IMG/VR virus record: IMGVR_UViG_3300032087_003293
Length of the DNA stretch: 20,000 bases
Strand: one strand, 5' to 3'
From: an uncultured virus (IMG/VR IMGVR_UViG_3300032087_003293)
Taxonomy: Duplodnaviria > Heunggongvirae > Uroviricota > Caudoviricetes
Below are positions 1 through 7,751 of this stretch, in pieces; within the stretch, counting starts at the first letter, position 1; each line of letters starts with the position of its first letter. The notes under the pieces were generated by a model, which was not told the DNA's origin, made no database searches, and saw only the letters and a list, made by a program, of their open reading frames with translations. The position numbers were made by a program, and so were the translations under genes.

Positions 1-1263
1 AACCTTATTGCAGAACCAAATGATATTGTAAAGTTGCTTAATGGTGTCAAGCATCACATTGCCCATGGATCCTGACCAATCTAGAACAAAGATAAGTCCA
101 TGATTCTTACCATCAGAAAGAGTAGTTACTTTCTTGAATAGATCTTCATTATACTTATAAGTATGAAGTTTAGAGCAATCAAGAACACCAGTACGAGCAG
201 TGGTAGCACGGGCATATGAATCAGCTGCTTTCTTACACTCAAACTCTTTCACCAAGTAGTTGACTTCTTTCTGAGCAGACTTTTTGAATTTACGATACTC
301 AGTATCAACCCATTCAAAATAACGAGATTCACTTTCAGAAGTAAAAGGTTTCCAAAAGTCTTCACAATAATCATGAATATCTTCGTTAGATGCAATCACA
401 GTATTCATATTAAGTTTAGGAATCTCAAGATAAGTAGTTTCAGAATACTTACTATACTCCTCGTCACTAATAAGTTCACTGATAGATTCTTCAAGAGCAT
501 CCATCGTCTTGACATCTATATTTTGAGTCATCTGGCCACTACCAGGAGACTGATTATCATCAGGAATTTCATACGATTCACCGTTCTCAGAAGATTGATC
601 GGAAGTCTCACTATCAAGAGAAGCATCACTAGAATCAGTCTTTACCTCAGAATCTGAATTTCCACTATCAGATCCAGCAGATACCTGCTGAGAATGATCA
701 TCAATATTTGCAACTTTTGATTCTTGCTGGTTCTTACAGAATTGATAGAGAGCATCAGCAGCAACCAGAGCATCCGCAAATGTCTCAGTTTCACCAATCA
801 TCTTGACAATCTCCATCTCTTTCTCAGAGAAATCAATATCAATAAAATTGCCAATTTTGTAGTACAGATTAACCTTATCAGCAAGGTTCATAGAATTTAC
901 ATCTTCGTTCTCAAGACAAAAGAAGTCTTCGTCAGCAAGTTCTTCATATCCACGATAAAACGTTTTAGAGAGTCCAGCGTATTTACGTTTCATAAGTTTC
1001 TCAATGCGTACATCTTCTACAACATTGACAAACTGTTTAGGAGTATCCCAATCCCACTCATCAGGAGTGAAAAGAGCATGACCAACTTCATGAGCAACTA
1101 GCATGTCAAACACACACTCGGTTGCTTTTTTCCACATAGGAAGAGTTAGAACCCGAGTATGAACATTGAACATCGCAGTCTCAACAAACCGATGCTCCAC
1201 CACCAGATCCTCAGTGGCAAGGAGTTTGGCAAGTTGACCTTTGACTTCAAAGTTGATGGACAT
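1..1263 (-). CDS. Metallopeptidase-like (HExxH) plus vWA-domain protein, CobT-like as found in T4-like cyanophages; 3' end outside the window
   Basis: Not in the ORF track. Manual translation from the ATG at 1263 is open for 421 codons to the window edge: MSINFEVKGQLAKLLATEDLVVEHR...LVAHEVGHALFTP (HEVGH at 1078-1092)...VEDVRIEK (1000-1017), an acidic Ser/Asp linker, then GLIFVLDWSGSM (MIDAS DxSxS at 67-81). Confidence 0.9.
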   Translation of the reverse strand, partial: MSINFEVKGQLAKLLATEDLVVEHRFVETAMFNVHTRVLTLPMWKKATECVFDMLVAHEVGHALFTPDEWDWDTPKQFVNVVEDVRIEKLMKRKYAGLSKTFYRGYEELADEDFFCLENEDVNSMNLADKVNLYYKIGNFIDIDFSEKEMEIVKMIGETETFADALVAADALYQFCKNQQESKVANIDDHSQQVSAGSDSGNSDSEVKTDSSDASLDSETSDQSSENGESYEIPDDNQSPGSGQMTQNIDVKTMDALEESISELISDEEYSKYSETTYLEIPKLNMNTVIASNEDIHDYCEDFWKPFTSESESRYFEWVDTEYRKFKKSAQKEVNYLVKEFECKKAADSYARATTARTGVLDCSKLHTYKYNEDLFKKVTTLSDGKNHGLIFVLDWSGSMGNVMLDTIKQLYNIIWFCNKV

Positions 1264-1432
1264 AGGAGTTCTCTCGGATGAACCCATAATACGACGAAAC
1301 CCCTGGTTTCCCAGAGGTCATGTGCCGCTTCTTAAACTGTCTGAGGGATTCTTTCCTTGCCCTCAGTGCCTGCGGTTTCAATTTTCGTTTCTGATCTTTT
1401 TTGGAATGGTGTTGCCAATTTGGGACGTTCAT
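1247..1432 (-). CDS. Small basic hypothetical protein (61 aa) of a type seen downstream of g46 in cyanophages
   Basis: The likely start is the ATG at 1432, which forms an ATGA overlap with the sulfotransferase stop, rather than 1483. MNVPNWQHHSKKDQKRKLKPQALRARK is K/R-rich. Confidence 0.7.
   Translation of the reverse strand: MNVPNWQHHSKKDQKRKLKPQALRARKESLRQFKKRHMTSGKPGVSSYYGFIRENSYVHQL
1286..1343 (-). promoter_or_regulatory. Putative promoter element: imperfect dyad, GC-rich hairpin and -10-like TATTAT upstream of the peptidase-vWA gene
   Basis: Minus strand reads CAGACAGTT-TAAG-AAGCGGCAC (1343-1322), then GACCTCTGG-GAAA-CCAGGGGTT (1319-1298), then TATTAT (1291-1286), 22 nt before the ATG at 1263. 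There is no canonical -35. Confidence 0.5.
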
Positions 1433-2292
1433 CGTCTTAGTGCTTCTCTGTAGATTGTAGGATAAAAATACTGATAGAACCAAGAATAATCACTAAGCAT
1501 CTTTAATTGCGATTTCCTTTTAATTAAGGGAAACTTATAAGTTTCTTTTTTTGGACTTAATTTGGGTTGAATAGTATGATTTCCCCAAGGAGCATATGAT
1601 GCATCATGAAAATGACCTTGAGTTATATTATCCAAATCATTATCAAAAGATTTTACACCTACAAATTTATATATCTCTTCCAATATTTTTCTAGGATTTT
1701 CCATGAAATCTTCATAAGTTACAAACTTAAAATTATGGAGATAATCACGTTCACAATCCAATGCTTCTTTCAATGCAAATAATGGAGTATAAATCATATC
1801 TTGTTTCAAATATGAATTAATTCTCTTATCCATCAAATCTTCGTTATGATACTCATCTCTATCTCCAAAATCATATAAAACTTCTGTTGATGGTGACATA
1901 ACTCTATCAACCGTTTCTAACTTTTCTAGAGAAGAAACAATGCCTCTTAAATCTCTAACAAGAAAAATAACTTTAGTGTTTGGAACAAGATTAAAAAGAA
2001 GGTCAAAATCTACTGCCCATGATCTATCTTTGTCTAGATAAATTTCAGTATTAGAAAGTTTAGATATCCACCCAACAATTCCAGATCTCATGAAGGTGTA
2101 ATACAATTCCTTCATTTCTTTCATTGTATGCTGAGTTTCTGAATATGTCTTTTCAGAGTGTTGGGAAATATTAGTAAGTATATCAGCAAGGCAAGAGTCC
2201 ATCTCAGCAGTAATATCTGGATGCTGATTTAAAACATTGCCCAAAAGAGTAGAACCACTTCTAGGAAGACCACATAAGGTTACGAGTTTCAT
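1429..2292 (-). CDS. PAPS-dependent sulfotransferase (Sulfotransfer_1/3-like)
   Basis: 5'-phosphosulfate-binding loop LCGLPRSGSTLL..L..HP, YLDK motif, 3'-phosphate-binding KVIFLVRDLRGIVSS, and VTYEDFMENP..L..IY.F; 287 aa. Confidence 0.9.
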   Translation of the reverse strand: MKLVTLCGLPRSGSTLLGNVLNQHPDITAEMDSCLADILTNISQHSEKTYSETQHTMKEMKELYYTFMRSGIVGWISKLSNTEIYLDKDRSWAVDFDLLFNLVPNTKVIFLVRDLRGIVSSLEKLETVDRVMSPSTEVLYDFGDRDEYHNEDLMDKRINSYLKQDMIYTPLFALKEALDCERDYLHNFKFVTYEDFMENPRKILEEIYKFVGVKSFDNDLDNITQGHFHDASYAPWGNHTIQPKLSPKKETYKFPLIKRKSQLKMLSDYSWFYQYFYPTIYREALRR

Positions 2293-4004
2293 GATTCTAC
2301 AATCTGTGAGAAATTTTTACGTTTTTCAAATTTAATGACTTTATCAAATTTATCATGCAAATCTGTTTTGTGAGAGATCACAAATATATTTGCGTCTTTA
2401 ACAACGAATCGAATAATTTTTAAAAAGTCATCAGTTCCAAATCCGTCAAGAGATGAGTCAAAAATCTCATCCATAATCAAAAGATTAGTGCTTGTAGAGT
2501 TCTTAATCTTAGCAACTTCTCTCCAAGTGAACAAAAGTGCTAGGTCAATACGTTGCTTCTCACCTTCAGAAAATGATGAGTAGGAGAAATCTTCATGAAT
2601 AGGTGACTGGATACTTTCATTAAATTCATCATCAAGATGGAAGTTAATGTAGAAATCCATCATCTGAAGATACTTACCAATCTGCTGATTAATCAATGGT
2701 AAATAGTTTTCAATAATTTTTGACTTAACTCCACCATCTTTCAATAGATTGTGTAGAAAATCATAGTTTGTAATTTCAGATTTACTCTCGGTTAAGCTAT
2801 CAAATACATCTTCTAACTTTTGTTTGTATTCTGATAGTTTTTCTTTTTCTTCACTCTTGTTGTTAGACTGTTCATTGATAGTTGTAATATCAAAATTTAG
2901 TCCTGTAATTTGAGCTTGAAGAGAGGATACTTTTGCATTATTAGTGTTGATCCTACTCTGAGATTCCATGATTGACTTTGAGATGTTATCAAACACAGAC
3001 TCCCTGAATTCTTCATCTTTAATTGTACTAATCAAATCTTTGAATCCATTTTCAAGTTCAGAGATTTTGGAAGATGTTTGACTAATTCTTTGATGACGGA
3101 ATGTTTCTTCAATTGTTTGTTCACACGTTGGGCAAGTGTGATTCTCAGAAAAGAAATCTTTCTCTTTCTTAAAAGTATTAATTTTCTGAGAAATCTTACC
3201 TTTCAGATTTCCAAGTTTGCGAATTTTTGACTTTGCATCTTCCACAGACTTTAATTCTTCCTGATATCGTTTGATATCTTTCTCATGCAGTTTATTGTCT
3301 TGCTGAAAACAATCAACATCAATGGACAATTCACTAATCTTATTCTGCAATTTTAGAATTGTATCTTTACCACGACTCTCAAGTTCTTGAATAAACTCTT
3401 CTTGCATCTTTACTTTATCAGCAAAAGAATCTTTCTTTAGAGAAAGAACTTTTACATCTTCTTTCTGCTGACGAATCTTATCCTTAATGATATTATTCAT
3501 TGTGGAGAAGATCTTAATATCAAGAATATCTTCAATCACTTCTCTTCGTCCTGCTGCAGGCAATTGCATAAATGGGACGAAATTGCTGCTGCCAAGAATT
3601 ACAATCTGAGTAAAAGACTTGTAATTCATCTTAAGGATGCTTTGCTCCAAATACTTCTGCTGATCATTAGCAGATGCTGCTTGATTTAGAGGTTCACCAT
3701 CTCTGTAAATTTCAAATATATTCGGTTTAATTCCTCTACGAACTTTCCATTCAATTGTGCCGATCTTAAAATCAATCTCTACAACACAATCTTTCTCATT
3801 GGTAGTATTGATAAGTTGTGGTTTATTAATCTTACGAAAAGACTTGCCAAACAAAACAAATGTAAGTGCATCAAGAATTGTAGATTTGCCTGCACCATTC
3901 GATCCGATGATCAGAGTGTTTTGTGTATCATCTAGTTGTACTTCAGTAAACTGGTTGCCAGTTGAAAGAAAGTTTTTCCATTTAATCTTCTCAAAATAGA
4001 TCAT
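2289..4004 (-). CDS. g46: gp46 recombination endonuclease ATPase subunit (Rad50/SbcC-like)
   Basis: Walker A GSNGAGKST, Q-loop FTQ, zinc hook CPTC, signature FSEGE, Walker B LIMDE, D-loop SLD, H-loop ISH. The start is more likely the ATG at 4004 (MIYFEKIKWKNFLSTGN) than 4037. Confidence 0.97.
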   Translation of the reverse strand: MIYFEKIKWKNFLSTGNQFTEVQLDDTQNTLIIGSNGAGKSTILDALTFVLFGKSFRKINKPQLINTTNEKDCVVEIDFKIGTIEWKVRRGIKPNIFEIYRDGEPLNQAASANDQQKYLEQSILKMNYKSFTQIVILGSSNFVPFMQLPAAGRREVIEDILDIKIFSTMNNIIKDKIRQQKEDVKVLSLKKDSFADKVKMQEEFIQELESRGKDTILKLQNKISELSIDVDCFQQDNKLHEKDIKRYQEELKSVEDAKSKIRKLGNLKGKISQKINTFKKEKDFFSENHTCPTCEQTIEETFRHQRISQTSSKISELENGFKDLISTIKDEEFRESVFDNISKSIMESQSRINTNNAKVSSLQAQITGLNFDITTINEQSNNKSEEKEKLSEYKQKLEDVFDSLTESKSEITNYDFLHNLLKDGGVKSKIIENYLPLINQQIGKYLQMMDFYINFHLDDEFNESIQSPIHEDFSYSSFSEGEKQRIDLALLFTWREVAKIKNSTSTNLLIMDEIFDSSLDGFGTDDFLKIIRFVVKDANIFVISHKTDLHDKFDKVIKFEKRKNFSQIVES

Positions 4005-4260
4005 GCTCGTCTGGCGGGATAACCAATTCATCTCCACCTATTATAGCATACAAGTACCCGTGTTGGGAACATGCTTCAAACAATAGGTCTTCTTCAACTT
4101 CTACGGATCTCATCTTTGGAGAACCACCTTCCTCCAGCATCATAACGAATCGTTCGGCATCATCTTCATTCTCCCAGATGTAAAGAACGTTTTCACCATT
4201 CTCATCTGCTACTGAATATGCTCCTCTATCTTCCTCACCGTCAATTACGATTATGTACAT
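3991..4260 (-). CDS. Acidic hypothetical protein between g47 and g46, possibly DUF3110-like
   Basis: 89 aa, tightly packed between g47 and g46. GAYSV...VLYIWENEDDAERF..MLE...LVIPP resembles the cyanobacterial/cyanophage DUF3110 pattern (from recall). Confidence 0.8.
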   Translation of the reverse strand: MYIIVIDGEEDRGAYSVADENGENVLYIWENEDDAERFVMMLEEGGSPKMRSVEVEEDLLFEACSQHGYLYAIIGGDELVIPPDEHDLF

Positions 4261-4261
4261 A

Positions 4262-5311
4262 CTAGATCATCTCACATGCTTCCTGATAGATCTCCTCAAC
4301 GATTTTAGATAACTTACTCTTATCCAGATCAATTTCGGATTCTTTGATGTATCTATTTAACAAACTTAAAGTATTCTCAGATTCTACTTCCTTAATCTCA
4401 TCTTTTGAGTACCAACCATTAAAATCGTATGTTTCGACAATCTTTACATCAGCAATATTTGCAGAATATAGTTTGTCAATAAACTTTTCAAATCCTTTCT
4501 TATCAGATTTTTTTCTGACAATCAGTTTGACAATCTTATCCTGATACTTAGAGAAGTCAAAAGTCTTGTAATCAGTATCTTCGTAAACAATGTTATAAAA
4601 AATTCTATAAGGATTATCTACATGATAATGCTCTAGAGTTTCTGTATCAAAGATAGTAAATCCACGTGGATCATTATAATCATTCCAGTAGATTTCATAA
4701 CAATTTCCAGTATAGTAAATATTATCTTGGAAATTTCTAGTATGATAATGTCCAGAGAATACTTTTTCAAATTTGGAATATCGTTTCTTATCGTCACCAT
4801 GCTCCATGATGCACTGAAGATTAGCAGCAAATCCAGAAAGTTCTAGGTGGCCCATAGCAACTTTAGATTTGCTAGACTTAATTTTTTTAAATGTCTTTTC
4901 CTGGTTTTCAGAGTTAATCCAAGGAATAAACAATACGGGAATATCACCAACCTTTACATCTTCTGCTTCAGAGTAAATTTTCACATTTTCATACTCACGA
5001 AGCAAAAGATCTACTGCATTAATCTCATTAGTGTTCTTATAATATGCAGTATGATTACCAACAATAGTATGAACTACGCAACCCATATCACTGAGTTTAT
5101 CGTAGTAATTATCCTTTGCCCACTTTAGAGCACTAAAGTTTACACCAGTTCTGTTGTCAAAGGTATAACCCATATCAACAATCGTGGTGATTCCCTCCTC
5201 TTTCAGAGTCGGGAAAAATACTTCATTATAAAACTTTAGGAAGTAGTCATGAAAGAGTTTTGAGTTCTTCCGTGCTCCAAAGTGTTGGTCAGTGATAAGA
5301 GCAATTTTCAT
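4262..5311 (-). CDS. g47: gp47 recombination nuclease subunit (Mre11/SbcD-like)
   Basis: Phosphoesterase motifs ITDQHFG, DMG(Y)TFD, VGNH, MGH and SGHYH; adjacent to g46; ATGA overlap with g55. Motif II has Tyr in place of the expected Asp. Confidence 0.96.
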   Translation of the reverse strand: MKIALITDQHFGARKNSKLFHDYFLKFYNEVFFPTLKEEGITTIVDMGYTFDNRTGVNFSALKWAKDNYYDKLSDMGCVVHTIVGNHTAYYKNTNEINAVDLLLREYENVKIYSEAEDVKVGDIPVLFIPWINSENQEKTFKKIKSSKSKVAMGHLELSGFAANLQCIMEHGDDKKRYSKFEKVFSGHYHTRNFQDNIYYTGNCYEIYWNDYNDPRGFTIFDTETLEHYHVDNPYRIFYNIVYEDTDYKTFDFSKYQDKIVKLIVRKKSDKKGFEKFIDKLYSANIADVKIVETYDFNGWYSKDEIKEVESENTLSLLNRYIKESEIDLDKSKLSKIVEEIYQEACEMI

Positions 5312-5802
5312 ACGTTGTTGGAACCCATTCCTCTGAGTTTGGAGTAGACGGCATCTTTGATGCTATTGTAGTCCGCATAGTTGGAGTTGTCAACCGTATT
5401 GTCATTGACAAACACCTGGTCGTACCCTGTCTTTTCAAGGATTTTATTTTTAATATCTAATTGCTTCTTTTCTTTTTGAATACGTCTCAGAAATGCATAG
5501 TGAATAATCTGAGTAAAGTATGCGAAAGGATTAGTAGATTTCTCTGGATTAAAGTTATGAATATATTGAATACAATTTTCAATGCCATCAGAAATCATAT
5601 CATCTTTAAAGATATAATTTACAAAGTTTGGTTTATACGAAAGATGAGTTGCAATCTTTAGAAAACATTCCCCAAGATAATTCGTAATACGGGGTTTAGG
5701 AAGACCTTGCTCTTCTGCTGCAGCAATTGCCTTCTTGTATTCAATGATCGCATCTAAGAAATCTCTATTATTGACGTAATGTTCTGACTTTTTCCTTGGC
5801 AT
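5308..5802 (-). CDS. g55: gp55 late-transcription sigma factor
   Basis: HYVNN..F, LGECFLKIA, NFVNY..KDDMISDGIENC, NPFAYFTQIIHYAFLRRI; position upstream of g47 matches T4-like phages. Confidence 0.96.
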   Translation of the reverse strand: MPRKKSEHYVNNRDFLDAIIEYKKAIAAAEEQGLPKPRITNYLGECFLKIATHLSYKPNFVNYIFKDDMISDGIENCIQYIHNFNPEKSTNPFAYFTQIIHYAFLRRIQKEKKQLDIKNKILEKTGYDQVFVNDNTVDNSNYADYNSIKDAVYSKLRGMGSNNV

Positions 5803-5832
5803 TCATTCTTACCAGTAACTCATTATGTGTTA

Positions 5833-5861
5833 ATTATAGCACAGCTTGACAAACCTGTAAA
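5833..5861 (-). promoter_or_regulatory. Sigma70-type promoter for g55
   Basis: Minus strand TTTACA (5861-5856), 17-bp spacer, TATAAT (5838-5833) with an extended TGn; 30 nt upstream of the g55 ATG. Confidence 0.8.
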
Positions 5862-5874
5862 ATATGAGTAGAAT
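5846..5874 (+). promoter_or_regulatory. Sigma70-type promoter on the plus strand, antisense to the 5908-6291 gene and uvsW
   Basis: TTGACA (5846-5851), 17-bp spacer, TAGAAT (5869-5874): 11/12 consensus match. Confidence 0.65.
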
Positions 5875-5907
5875 ACCTTTGTTAGGGTTGATAAGGATCA
5901 TATAGCT

Positions 5908-6291
5908 TTAAGACTTATATAACTTCTCTAAGTACTTTCTAGCATCATCTACATTAGTTAGATAACCCATCTTTCTACTTAGACTCTGCTTTTGATATTC
6001 AGAATTATTTTTTCTTAGAAAAGAGTTATACATTTTGATTGTTACTTCATCAAAGCATTCTACAATTGTTAGAACTTCATCCATATCAATAACAATCATA
6101 TCTGATGATGCTGTTTTTAACCAAGGATCTACTTTATAACAAGGTTGTCCTCTTACAACTATTTCATCAATAGTAACTGGATTTAATAACATTAGAAATG
6201 TTTTATCATCTTCGACAGAAGATGATACCATAGAGAATATCTCCTCAGTATTTTTTAGTTTTATCGTTGCATAAAATTCTTCTTCCATCAT
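5908..6291 (-). CDS. Conserved hypothetical protein between uvsW and g55, possibly Sm-like fold
   Basis: 127 aa, ATGA overlap with uvsW. FYATIKL..EEI, NP, PW and LSRKMGY...V.DAR..LEKLY match a pattern I recall for this position in cyanophages. Confidence 0.85.
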   Translation of the reverse strand: MMEEEFYATIKLKNTEEIFSMVSSSVEDDKTFLMLLNPVTIDEIVVRGQPCYKVDPWLKTASSDMIVIDMDEVLTIVECFDEVTIKMYNSFLRKNNSEYQKQSLSRKMGYLTNVDDARKYLEKLYKS

Positions 6292-7751
6292 TCCTTTAAA
6301 TTAATGTTTAAGATATCATAATTAAAATTTTCTTGATTATAAATTTTAATTCTTTCAATAAGGTGATTGAGAGTATAATTTTTTAAACTCCGAATGGTGC
6401 AATCATCTGCAATGTCATAAAGAGTTGCTTTTGTTTTATTTTTTCCTTTTCTTAAAACTCTTCCAATTGATTGTAAATTACGGATTCTTGACTTAGACGG
6501 ACTAGCGAAAATAACATTATGAAGATTTCTAATGTTAATTCCCGTTGAGAAAGTTCCATATGATGCTACAATAATTGCGTTTGATTCATTTTCAGTTATC
6601 CGTCTGACTTCCTCTCTTTCATCGGAGTCAACACCACCATGAACAAAGAAAACTTTTCTGTTTTCATCTACGGAACTATTTATCTTCTCAAAAAGTGGTT
6701 CACCATGTGCGGCAACCCGACTATAAAGAATCAATGTATTTCCCTTTAAGTCTTTTGCTAGATTGACGATAAACTTATTTCTTCGTTCATGTGTAATGAG
6801 ATATTGTATTTCATCCTCATAAGTTTCAAACTTTCTAGGATCATGTTTCAAGATAAGACATCTAATCTCAAGATCTGATACGTGTCCTTTTTCCATTAAT
6901 TCTTTTGTTCTGGTCACACGATAACAAGGACCAAACAATCCCTCTAGAACCCACTTATGAGTTTGAGTTCCATCAAGTGTTCCTGTAAAACCATACCGAT
7001 ACTTAGTATGATGTAGATGTGTCATAATTGTAATGAGAGACTTACTTTTGAATAAGTGTGCTTCATCACCAATCACAACATCAAAGTCTTCAAAATAACT
7101 TCTATCCATCTTATAGATAGATTGCCATGTAGTAACAGTTACAGGAAGATCAGTTTCTTTCTCACAACCTGCATATATCTTGTGACAATATGACTCAGAA
7201 TTCCAACCGTAATCACGAAAATCCGAGACGAGTTGATCTACTAGACTGGTCGTTGGAACGACTACGAGAATTTTTCGGTTCTTATCCATATGATAACGCA
7301 CGACGGCGTAAATCATCAGACTTTTTCCTGACGCAGTGGGACTTAACAGAATCTTTCTGTTGTATTTTAATGCATCATGAACTGCTTCAATCTGATAACT
7401 TCTTGGGGTTAGGGCAGTTATCGAAGAAAGATAATCCTTTACACCCTCAAGACTAATTTCTTTATTAATCTCAAAAGGTTTTCCATAATACTTATTTGTT
7501 ATAAACTCATAAGTGTAATTATAATTAGAACAAAACTCAACTAATCTATGCAAGAGACCAATATAAAGTCTCTTTGTTCTCATATCAAAAAGATGTATCT
7601 CTCCATTCCAATTTCTTTTTCGATATTGAGGCATAAACTTTGCATTCGGAACCTCAAACCGAAAATGATCTCTCAGTTCATATTCAATATGAGGTTCTGT
7701 GGTAATCTTAAGATATACTTCATTACATTTTTCAATAGTTAAATTAGCCAT
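6288..7751 (-). CDS. uvsW: UvsW SF2 DNA helicase
   Basis: PRSYQ, SPTASGKS, VPTTSLV, GDEAH, TGT, STGINI and QSIGRVLR motifs; follows uvsY. Confidence 0.97.
   Translation of the reverse strand: MANLTIEKCNEVYLKITTEPHIEYELRDHFRFEVPNAKFMPQYRKRNWNGEIHLFDMRTKRLYIGLLHRLVEFCSNYNYTYEFITNKYYGKPFEINKEISLEGVKDYLSSITALTPRSYQIEAVHDALKYNRKILLSPTASGKSLMIYAVVRYHMDKNRKILVVVPTTSLVDQLVSDFRDYGWNSESYCHKIYAGCEKETDLPVTVTTWQSIYKMDRSYFEDFDVVIGDEAHLFKSKSLITIMTHLHHTKYRYGFTGTLDGTQTHKWVLEGLFGPCYRVTRTKELMEKGHVSDLEIRCLILKHDPRKFETYEDEIQYLITHERRNKFIVNLAKDLKGNTLILYSRVAAHGEPLFEKINSSVDENRKVFFVHGGVDSDEREEVRRITENESNAIIVASYGTFSTGINIRNLHNVIFASPSKSRIRNLQSIGRVLRKGKNKTKATLYDIADDCTIRSLKNYTLNHLIERIKIYNQENFNYDILNINLKE

Noticed and set aside
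373..1101. Plus-strand ORFs 373-657 and 724-1101
   Set aside because: They are antisense shadows, in the same codon register, of the minus-strand peptidase-vWA gene, which carries clear motifs.
1452..2305. 9-bp inverted repeat AGATTGTAG (1452-1460) / CTACAATCT (2297-2305) near the sulfotransferase ends
   Set aside because: Too short, placed asymmetrically (one copy inside the gene, one in g46), with no target duplication or transposase. Probably chance.
4005..4037. Extended g46 N-terminus in the ORF track
   Set aside because: It overlaps the upstream gene more deeply, and the recognisable gp46 N-terminus begins at the ATG at 4004.
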